Source: Pedosphaera sp.
Lineage (GTDB): Bacteria; Verrucomicrobiota; Verrucomicrobiia; Limisphaerales; SIBH01
Assembly (NCBI GenBank): GCA_031414955.1
Contig: JANOQV010000205.1
Span: 1 to 28,954, forward strand
Direction: 5' to 3'
Length of the DNA stretch: 28,954 nucleotides
Every line of letters begins with the position of its first letter. The first letter of the stretch is position 1. Below, piece by piece: positions 17,869 through 26,100 of the stretch. A program made the translations under genes and the position numbers. Below the pieces are notes generated by a model, which was not told the DNA's origin, did no database searches, and saw nothing but the letters and a program-made list of their open reading frames with translations.

Positions 17869-20100
17869 CTAGGCGGTCACACACGTTCCGGGCGTCGCGA
17901 CCCAGGGTGGGCTGACATTCTCCAGACATTCGCGCACCGCCTGCGCCAGTTCCGGCGGCTGATACGGCTTGGCCAGAAAAAAGGAGTTCTTGGGCAGTTC
18001 GAAATGACCTCCCACCACATCCGGGCTGTAGCCGCTGGAGTAAAGCACCTTGATGCTCGGCTTCTCCGCCTGGAGACGCTCCGCCAGATCACGTCCGGTC
18101 ATGCCTTCCGGCATCACCATGTCGGTGAGCAGCAGATCCGTCTCCTCCTTATGCTGCTCCCAGACCGCCAACGCTTGCACCCCGGAGGCGGCCTCGACCA
18201 CTTTGTAGCCGTGATCCTCCAGCACCAGCCGCGCGAGTTCCCGCAGCGGCTCCTCGTCCTCGACCAGCAAAATGGTTTCCGTGCCCTGGCGCAGCGGAGC
18301 CGAAAGTGCCGGCTCCAGGATTTTGGGGGCAACCTTGTCCGTGGCTGGAATATAAACCCGGAAGGTGGTGCCCCGCCCCGGTTCGCTGGCGACTTCGACC
18401 CAGCCCCGGTGCTGGTCCGCGATGCCATAAACCGTGGCCAGTCCGAGACCCGTCCCCTTGCCCACATCCTTGGTCGTAAAGAAAGGCTCGAAGATGCGGC
18501 GCAAGGTTTCCGGTTTCATGCCACAGCCCGTGTCCGCAACCGTCAGGCAGACGTGCGCCCCGAGACGCGCCTTGGGCCGTTGCGACACGTCGGCCGGAGT
18601 CAGGTTGGCCGAGGAAGTGGCGATGGTCAGTTTGCCCCCCTTGGGCATCGCATCGCGCGAGTTGCAGGCCAGGTTCATGATGATTTGCTCGATCATCCCG
18701 GAATCCGCGTAAATGTTCGGCAAGTCCCGGCCCAATTTCAGTTCCAGCACAATGTCCGCACCCAGGGTCCGCTCCAGCAGCTTGCTGATTTGCGTCACCG
18801 TCTCGTTCACCTGGAACACCTTGGACACGATGGCCTGCTTGCGGCAAAAAGTGAGCAACTGCCGCGTCAGATTCGCGGCCCGCTCCGCCGCCACCGAGAC
18901 GTGCTCGATCGACTCCCCAATGGAGGCCGCGCTGCCGTCCGCCTTGCGCAGCCGGGCCGCGTGCCCCTGAATCACCGTGAGCACATTATTGAAGTCATGG
19001 GCGATGCCCGCCGCGAGCTGACCGAAGCCTTCCATCTTCTGGGCCTGACGCAACTGCGCCTCCAGATTCAGCCGTTCCGTATTGTCGTGGATCATCAGCA
19101 ACAGACACTGCTCAGGGATCAGCTCGACCGCATGGAGCAAAGACCTCTCGACGTTAATCTCGATTAATTCCGCCGAGATCAGTGCTTCGCGCACCGACCC
19201 CGACTTCGCGCGCAACTGGCATTGGCTGTCGCGGACCGATGGCCCCTTGGCCTGCTCGACCATTCGCTGGCGATCCTCCGGCTGGAGCCAGAGGCCCAGA
19301 TCCAGATCCGTTCTCCCAATGACCTCGGCGCGCTCATAACCAAGCATCCTGAGAAAACTCTCGTTCACATCCTGGAACCGTCCCTGCCTGAGCGTGAAGA
19401 TGCCGATGGCGACCGGACTGGCGGCGAAGACCCGCGAGAAACGCTCCTCGGATTGTTTGAGGGCCGACTGCGAAAGTTTGCTTTGAGTGACATCACGAAA
19501 AATACCCTGCACGGCCACGGGCTGGCCCTCCACCATCTCGCGGTGCAGACTCCCCTCCACCAGCACTTGGCGACCGTACTTCGAGATGAACGTGGCCTCC
19601 AGATGCTTGACCTTGCCGCCCCCGACCGCCGCTTGGAAATGAGTGCGAAAATTGTCCACCGTCGCGGAATGCACCACCTTGAAGATTGAGAGCGAGGCCA
19701 GCTCCTCCTCACTCAAGTCGAGCGTCTCCTGCCACGCGTTGTTGGCAAAAAGAATCTGACCATCCAGCCCCGTGCCCAAAATAAGATCATTGGCATTCTC
19801 GTAGAGCGCCCGAAAACGGCTGTCTGCACTGGGCTGCGCGCGACCCTTGCGCAAGCCCAAAACCACGCCGCACGCCAGCACCACCAACAGCCCCAGCGCC
19901 AGCCAGACCCACCCGCCCGAACCAGCCCACCCCTGGGCCAAGGCCGGCCTCGAAAGCGCTTCGTCCGCCGCCCTCGCGCCGGGCACCAGCCCGCCGCCGA
20001 ACCCGCCGAGGAACAAGCTCAACAAGAACCCGCCGACCCTCCTTGTCCCCGCGAAGGTCGCCCTTCGTCCTGATTCCATTCCCGTCACTGGCATGGTCAT
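17869..20100 (-). CDS. PAS-PAS hybrid sensor histidine kinase/response regulator (CckA-like)
   Basis: TM segments, two PAS domains, H-box [12 protein letters not shown], HATPase FEPFFTTK...GTGLGL, receiver LLVEDE...LLTDMVMP. Start uncertain (20133, 20100 or 20079). Confidence 0.92.
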   Translation of the reverse strand: MTMPVTGMESGRRATFAGTRRVGGFLLSLFLGGFGGGLVPGARAADEALSRPALAQGWAGSGGWVWLALGLLVVLACGVVLGLRKGRAQPSADSRFRALYENANDLILGTGLDGQILFANNAWQETLDLSEEELASLSIFKVVHSATVDNFRTHFQAAVGGGKVKHLEATFISKYGRQVLVEGSLHREMVEGQPVAVQGIFRDVTQSKLSQSALKQSEERFSRVFAASPVAIGIFTLRQGRFQDVNESFLRMLGYERAEVIGRTDLDLGLWLQPEDRQRMVEQAKGPSVRDSQCQLRAKSGSVREALISAELIEINVERSLLHAVELIPEQCLLLMIHDNTERLNLEAQLRQAQKMEGFGQLAAGIAHDFNNVLTVIQGHAARLRKADGSAASIGESIEHVSVAAERAANLTRQLLTFCRKQAIVSKVFQVNETVTQISKLLERTLGADIVLELKLGRDLPNIYADSGMIEQIIMNLACNSRDAMPKGGKLTIATSSANLTPADVSQRPKARLGAHVCLTVADTGCGMKPETLRRIFEPFFTTKDVGKGTGLGLATVYGIADQHRGWVEVASEPGRGTTFRVYIPATDKVAPKILEPALSAPLRQGTETILLVEDEEPLRELARLVLEDHGYKVVEAASGVQALAVWEQHKEETDLLLTDMVMPEGMTGRDLAERLQAEKPSIKVLYSSGYSPDVVGGHFELPKNSFFLAKPYQPPELAQAVRECLENVSPPWVATPGTCVTA

Positions 20101-20202
20101 TCCTCGACAGATTGAGGTCAAAAGTTGAACCAAAACCCAGTCCCAACCTCCACCCCCTCACCCTTCACCCTACAACCCTCAACTCCTTCACCCCTTCCCT
20201 CC

Positions 20203-20424
20203 TCAATCATCCAAAAAATTCTCCCCATCCTCCAGCGACTCGGGCGGTTTCCGATCCGGCCGGCCCAATCCATTCTCCTCGCAGAAGCGATACAGCGAAG
20301 ACACGCTCACCTTCAGCACCTCGGATGCCTCTTCGAGACTGGAAGTTCCATTTCGCACCAGCCGATAATGTTCCCGCTTGATGATCTTCAAGCTGACCAT
20401 ATCGCCTAGTTTAAGGGGATTCAT
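20203..20424 (-). CDS. Small stand-alone Fis-like helix-turn-helix protein
   Basis: 73 aa. SLKIIKREHY...SLEEASEVLKVSVSSLYR resembles the Fis/NtrC C-terminal HTH. Co-oriented upstream of the kinase. Confidence 0.6.
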   Translation of the reverse strand: MNPLKLGDMVSLKIIKREHYRLVRNGTSSLEEASEVLKVSVSSLYRFCEENGLGRPDRKPPESLEDGENFLDD

Positions 20425-20486
20425 GGACGTAGATTTTTTTTGGCGGACTAAATGCCCTATCGGATGAACCCACCTACGACTTGAGC

Positions 20487-20675
20487 GGGCTTAGAGCGCG
20501 CCTGAAAATCCGAAATCTGGTTGCACCAGACCCGGCCGGAGTGCGCCAGTCCCGGGCGCAGCGACGCACGAACTGCGGCCGGCGTGGATTTTCCCAGCAC
20601 CTTCCACCTTTTCAAGTTTCTGCGCCCAAGACGGGCGCACTCCGTCCGCCTGATTTTCAGACCGGCTTTAAGCCC
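20487..20675. mobile_element. Putative MITE with nested REP-like doublet
   Basis: Outer inverted repeat 20487-20510 / 20652-20675 (20/24 match). Inner inverted repeat 20537-20561 / 20620-20644 (22/25). No convincing gene. Confidence 0.65.
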
Positions 20676-20825
20676 ACAGATTCAGAGCGATCAAAGATAA
20701 AATATCGCATCGGTGGCCGCCCTGAATCTGCGGGAAGCTCTTCCTTCGGCCGCGGGTGCGGCTGCGAATGACTGCCGCCAGCGAAGGCAGCGGCTTGAAC
20801 ATGCGCCCTCAACCCTAAGCCGGCG

Positions 20826-20920
20826 AAAAGCGCGCTTGATTCCACCCACGGAAGGAGCAAGCTCGCCCCAAGCGCCTCCCCCAGCACACAAAGGTGCCGA
20901 CCAAACTAAAAACTGATGAG
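20826..20920 (+). promoter_or_regulatory. Duplicated promoter/5'UTR-like element, copy 1
   Basis: First 40 nt match 22987-23026 at 34/40 positions. TTGATT-16nt-CAAGCT, a gcac..gtgc mini-hairpin, then an A-rich tract before ATGAG. Confidence 0.6.
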
Positions 20921-20946
20921 AAACTCCCAGCCCTAAACCACCCGAT

Positions 20947-21654
20947 ATGAAAACGCCCCTCCAAATCACCCTGATCGGTGTCCTTGCCCTGACTTCGCTT
21001 CTTTTCCACGGCTGCCCAATGGCCCGCAAGGAAGCATCGGCTCCGCCCCCGCCGGCCACGAATGCTCCTCCGGGCGACAAGGGCGACGTTTACCCGGTAT
21101 GGTTTGGCACGGACCGCAAACCAGTGGCTCAAAACCAACCGCTGGGTTTCTCCGCCGAGCGTCACGATCACACCACCTATGGTCGGGTGGATGTTTTCGT
21201 GCCCAAGTCACATCGGTTTGGCGAAACGGGCAATAACATTTTTAAGCGTTTGTGGCGGGGTGAACTCCAGGATGACCATTTGCGCATCAAGCAATTGGAG
21301 TCCCTGGATCGTGAGCCCTTTTACGATCAGATTCGCCAGGCGCTCAAAGTCGCGACCGACGCCGGCAACCACTCGCAAGCTTTGGTTTTCCTGCATGGCT
21401 TCAACGTCACCTTTGAGGAAGCGGCCACCAGCGGACGCCAGCGCGTCCCGTCCGAATGCTGCAACACCTTCTGGCTCGCCGTCCCGCCGCCGGACATTGC
21501 CAAACGCTTCGACGAACTCACCGCGCCGCTGATGGCGAAAATCAAAGCCAACTCCACCCAATCCCGCACCCTCGCCACCCTGCGCGACACGCTGCTGCCG
21601 AAGCTGCTGAGCGGGGAGTTGAGCGTGAACCAATTGGAATCATCCCATGCCTGA
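20947..21654 (+). pseudogene. In-frame chimera: truncated DUF900 alpha/beta hydrolase (to ~21426) fused to a type I R-M HsdS C-terminus
   Basis: N-part: lipoprotein-like signal, VWFGTDRK, YGRVDVFVPKSHRFG, LVFLHGFNVTFEEAA, stopping before the catalytic Ser. C-part: TSGRQRV...SRTLATLRDTLLPKLLSGEL, a typical HsdS end. Confidence 0.75.
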
Positions 21655-22219
21655 CGTCTTCGTTATCGGCGGTCCGAACGGCGCGGGAAAAACCACGGCG
21701 GCACGGGGCATGTTGCCGTCGTTCGTGGGCGTGTCGCAGTTTGTGAATGCGGACGAGATCGCGCGCGGGCTGTCGGGCTTTGCGCCCGAAACGGTGGCGC
21801 GCGAGGCGGGGCGCATCATGCTGCGCCGGTTGCGTTTTCTGGGGGAGCAGCGCGTGGACTTTGCCTTTGAAACCACCCTGGCCTCGCGCTCGTTTGCGCC
21901 GTGGCTGGCGGGTTTGCAGGCCACGGGCTTTGACGTGCATCTGGTGTATCTCTGGCTGCCCACGCCGGAACTGGCGGTGCAGCGCGTGGCCCGGCGGGTG
22001 CAGGCGGGCGGGCACCATGTGCCGGAGGAGATCATCCGGCGGCGCCACGAGCGCGGGCGGGAAAATTTCCTGCGCCTGTATGCCCCGCTGGTGGATGACT
22101 GGGAGGTGTATGACAACTCCGGGTTCGAGCCGTATTTGGTGGCTTTCGGCGGCCGGGGCGAGGTGACGACAGTGTTGGAAGCGGAGGATTGGCGGCGTAT
22201 AAACCAAGGCAACGCATGA
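21647..22219 (+). CDS. Zeta-toxin-like P-loop ATPase (COG4185-type)
   Basis: 190 aa. GGPNGAGKTT, FVNADEIA, FAFETTL, RVARRVQAGGHHVPEEIIRRR, VYDNS. Confidence 0.88.
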   Translation: MPDVFVIGGPNGAGKTTAARGMLPSFVGVSQFVNADEIARGLSGFAPETVAREAGRIMLRRLRFLGEQRVDFAFETTLASRSFAPWLAGLQATGFDVHLVYLWLPTPELAVQRVARRVQAGGHHVPEEIIRRRHERGRENFLRLYAPLVDDWEVYDNSGFEPYLVAFGGRGEVTTVLEAEDWRRINQGNA

Positions 22220-22416
22220 ACGCAGAACAGAAGACCCGGTTGCGGCAAAAGATTGATGCGGGGGTAAAGGCCGCAGTGTCCGCCGCGCTGGAGGAGCACC
22301 GGCGCGCGGGCCGGCTGGTGGCGGTGCTGCGGGCGGGCCGCGTGGTGCTGGCCCCGCCGGAACCGGCGGACGTTTCCGGCACCCTGGCGCTGCGCGAGGA
22401 ACCGCCGAAGTCATAA
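22216..22416 (+). CDS. Small partner protein of the zeta-like ATPase (putative antitoxin)
   Basis: 66 aa from the ATG at 22216, which forms an ATGA overlap with the upstream stop. Sequence GVKAAVSAALEEHRRAGRLVAVLRAGRVV. Confidence 0.65.
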   Translation: MNAEQKTRLRQKIDAGVKAAVSAALEEHRRAGRLVAVLRAGRVVLAPPEPADVSGTLALREEPPKS

Positions 22417-22417
22417 A

Positions 22418-22723
22418 ATGTCGCTCAACGAATCCACCGTCGAAGACGCCGCCCTCGAATGGTTCGGGGAGCTGGGTGATGCGGTCGGGCACGGGCCGCA
22501 TCTCGCGCCGCAATGCATGGCCGGCTTCGTCCTCGCCAATGGCAGCATGTCCTCCAACCAGTCCGGCGATGTCGAGCCGCTGCGCGCCGAAGCGATTGCC
22601 GCCGAGTTGGACGAACTGCCCCTCCCTTACCGGTTCGAAGTGCAGCCCCTGGCTCACATTCACTACCGGCCGCTCTTGGAGCACATCAAGCGGGTCGGCA
22701 TCCTCATTTATCCCCCGACCTGA
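22418..22723 (+). pseudogene. Three-way chimera: HsdR N-terminus / HsdM internal fragment / nucleotidyltransferase (MNT) C-terminus
   Basis: MSLNESTVEDAALEWFGELG..HGPHLAP (HsdR start), MAGFVLANGSMSSNQSG (HsdM motif), AIAAELDELPLPYRFEV...LLEHIKRVGILIY (MNT end). Confidence 0.72.
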
Positions 22724-22770
22724 CAGCGGATCGGGAGATGCCTCTACTCCCAGCGCACCCCCGCCAGTTA

Positions 22771-22982
22771 TCATTCTCCGTTCCCTCCTGTTCAAAGGAA
22801 TTGTTCCCCCTTAACATGAGTCAACGGAGGCAACGGAGCGGGAAGGAAGGTGTTCCGGCATGAAACCGCTGGCGAATCAGGATCACCGTCCGGGGTTTCA
22901 GTTCAACTTCGCCTCCAAGCGGGCCCACGCCTGATTTCATTCTCCGTTCTCTCCGTTCCCTTCTGTCCAAAGGAATTATTCC
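22771..22982. repeat. Direct/inverted ctccgtt-type repeat cluster
   Basis: tcattctccgttccctcctgttcaaaggaattgttcc (22771-22807) recurs as tcattctccgttctctccgttcccttctgtccaaaggaattattcc (22937-22982). An inverted aacggaggcaacggag lies at 22823-22838. Confidence 0.7.
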
Positions 22983-22986
22983 GCCA

Positions 22987-23078
22987 AAAAGCGCGCTTGC
23001 ATCCGCCCACGACCGGAGCAAGCTCGGGCCGAGACACCTGCCGCCGCACACTGGAGGTGCCCACCAATAAAAAATGAG
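22987..23078 (+). promoter_or_regulatory. Duplicated promoter/5'UTR-like element, copy 2 (likely cas9 promoter)
   Basis: TTGCAT-16nt-CAAGCT. Homologous to 20826-20920 and ~100-190 nt upstream of cas9. Confidence 0.6.
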
Positions 23079-23187
23079 CCATCCCCAAGCAACCATCTGG
23101 GCCTTTGACCTCGGCATGGGTGACACAGGCGGCTCGTCGATATTTCGCCCCCGACCCCATACGCTGAAATCAACTCATGAAAACTGA
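23074..23187 (+). pseudogene. Vestigial Cas9-like N-terminus (RuvC-I motif fragment)
   Basis: 37-codon ORF beginning MSHPQATIWAFDLGMG, with a hydrophobic-FDLG RuvC-I-like motif. It overlaps the cas9 start out of frame. Confidence 0.5.
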
Positions 23188-26100
23188 TTCTCAACCTTCT
23201 TTTGAAACCGGCCTCGTCTTTGGCTTCGATGTCGGCACCGGCTCGATTGGTTATGCCGTGCGCAAAGGCCCGGAATTCAAAGACGTGGGCGTGCTGATCT
23301 GCCCGGAGGAGACGGGTAAACTGGATGTCCGGCGCGGCCTGCGATCTGGGCGGCGCCGGTTGCGAAATCGTGCTCGTGTTAGGGATTGGTTCGCCGCACA
23401 GCTTGAAACCTTGGGCTTGCCTTCACCATACCTGATGATGAAGGACCAACTCAGCGGCGAAGAGAGGATTCAAATCCATCCGAAGGGGCATCCTTGCGCC
23501 GGCCAGCCGATCCTGAAACCGGGTTTGGATTGCCGTCGCCTTTGCAATCCAGTTCTGCTGCGCTGCGAAGCGGTGCAAGGCCGCCTAGAGAAGCCGGAGG
23601 AACTCCATATCGCGCTCATGCATCTTTGGAAGCTGAAGGGCAAGACCAACGTGCCTTGGAAAGATGAGGGTGAAGAAAAGGAAGCGGAGGATCCAAAGAA
23701 GCAGAAGGACAAAGAAAAGGAGAAAAAAGTAATCGAGGAAAAGCTGGACCGGCTGGCGCAAGCCATGCGTGACGGTGGATTTTCCTATCCTTGTCAATTA
23801 TTACAGCACCGCTGCGAGCAAGGAATGAAGTGCCGCGATGAGGTGTGGCCGCGCGATGAATTTCAGAGCAAGGACTTCAACCTCAAGCAGGAGTTCCTTG
23901 CCATAATGGAAAAACAATCCGCCAGACTTCCAATGCTGGCAGGCAAGGTCACCTACCAGGATGACGAGGGACAGGATGTTTCTGTCTCCGCGTCCGACTG
24001 GCTCCTCTACGGCGACACGCGCGTCGTGACCTGCAACGGCGACCAGCGACGTGTTTATTTCAAGACCACTGAGTGTGCAAATCCCGGCGTCCTTGGCCTC
24101 CGCTGGCCTCGCTTCGTGAATCGCAATCCGGGCCTTGATCTGTTGACGCCGTTCGACGCTAACGGACGCCCGCTTCATGTCGTAAAGCGTAACAAGGAAG
24201 TGTTCCGCGAGACACAATGGGAACAGGCTCTTTTCAACTTCCGCGTCCTCGACAAAGCGACTGGCAAGAAGGTGCTGCCCGACCTGGCGAGTCTAAATCG
24301 TTTACGTGAAATCTACGAAAGCTCAAAGCGGAAACCAAAAAAGAACTCGAAGGCGAAAGCAACACCAGCAGAAGACGCCAAAGACGTTGAGATCAAAATC
24401 AGCAAGAGCGTGTTGAAATACTGGGCGAAGGAGTATGAGCGCCGCTACCAACTTCTCGAAGACCAGACCGAACTCGTTTCGCGCACAGGCGATGGGCGCG
24501 CAAAATTCAGCAGTGCCACGCTGGCCAACATCAAACAGGTTCTCCAAAGCCTGAGCGCGGGCCAGACGATGGACGCGATCCAGCCATTGCTGCGTGAGGG
24601 AGGGGAATCCAAGGAAGCCGCCATGACCCGGTTTCTGAATGACATCCGGCATGGCCTGGTCCGACACCGATTGATGCTGTTTTTACGCCTCTTGCGCCGT
24701 CTCGTGAAGGAACACGGACAGCCTCCTGACTTTATAGTGGTGGAAGCTGTTCGCACGCTCGCGTTCAGCGAAAAGAAGAAGAAGGAACTAAAAACAGAAC
24801 AGAAGAAAAATCGCGACAAGCGAGAGCGGATTTACCGAGAGCTGAAGGAAGACGGACACTCAACATCCAAAGACGCTTCGTTGCGTTATCGTCTAGCAGA
24901 AGAAGCTGGCTTCGAGTGTCCATTCTGTCGCTGCCCGTTCTGTCTGGAAAACGTGTTGGTCAAGGATGCAGACATCTCACATCTCTACCCAAAGGCGCTC
25001 ACGCCATGTAACGAGTTCTACAACCTGACCATTGCCCACACGCACTGCAACCGCACCGACATGGAGGCCAGAATCCCGCGCGAGGCATTTGGTTCCTCCC
25101 CATTGTGGGAGGCAATCGTGGCCAACGCTCGAAAACGGTTCTCTGGAAAAAAGCTGCAACTGTTCCTCGCACCGACCCGTGAGGACGCCGAGAAGATCAT
25201 CGAATCGAAAACTTCGCTCACCGCCACCGCCTACATCGCCAAGATGGTGCGCCGTCTCTGCTTGATTGAATTGAATTGGCTGGAAAACGGACGCGACCCC
25301 ACCAACAAGGAGGGCAACATCCCGTCCAAACAATTCCTCGTCACCAACGGCGAGATTACCGCCCGCTTCCGCCAGGAATGGGAACTCAATGAACTGCTGC
25401 ATTCGGTCATCCCTCCGGTCTTTTACGACGAATGGAACGCCATGACCTCCGATGAACGAGAGGCGCACAAAGAGGCCAGAAAAAAGCGGTTCGAGAAGAA
25501 CCGGGGCGATCACCGGCACCACGCGCTTGATGCGATGGTCATCGCCTGCACCTGGCCCGCCTATGCTCAACGGGTGCATAACGCCACCAAGGACTGGCAG
25601 GACAAGGGCTGGTGGCACCTTGACCGGGTGAAGAAACGGCTGATGGCGCGGCATCCTCTGTACCCGAACCACAAGCCGATGAAAGAGGCAGTCAAGGCGT
25701 GGATGGATCGAGTGCTGCGAGAAAACCGCGTGCAACACCATGCTTCGCAGAGCAAACACAAGCAGGCGTATAAAACCTCGTTCTTCTCTCAAAGGCCGGG
25801 CAGCCAACTGATCCCGCGAAACTCTGCTGGCCGGCTGAGTATTCCTGCCACGCCCGCAGGCAAAAGCCAGAGCGTGCTGACCTTGACCAGCAAGAGCAGC
25901 GAAAAGACGGTCGAACTAAACCAGCAAGAAGCGAACGAATACCAACGTCTTGCCTTGGAAAAGAGCGAAGCCATCGCAAAGTCACTGGCTTTCAATCGCG
26001 AACTCCCCTGCCAAATCGCGGCGCGGCACAAAGCTGAATTGGAGAAAGTGAACGCAGAGAAGATTGACAAGAGCATTTACCTGTTGAGGGAGAAAGTGGT

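Noticed and set aside
19100..19185. Short degenerate duplication in the second PAS/PAC ([26 protein letters not shown])
   Set aside because: Probably a small loop insertion with no evidence of functional significance.
20141..20205. C-rich heptamer-like tract (caccctt/caaccct) and the ORFs crossing it
   Set aside because: Low-complexity degenerate repeat with no spacers, so not CRISPR; the overlapping ORFs look spurious.
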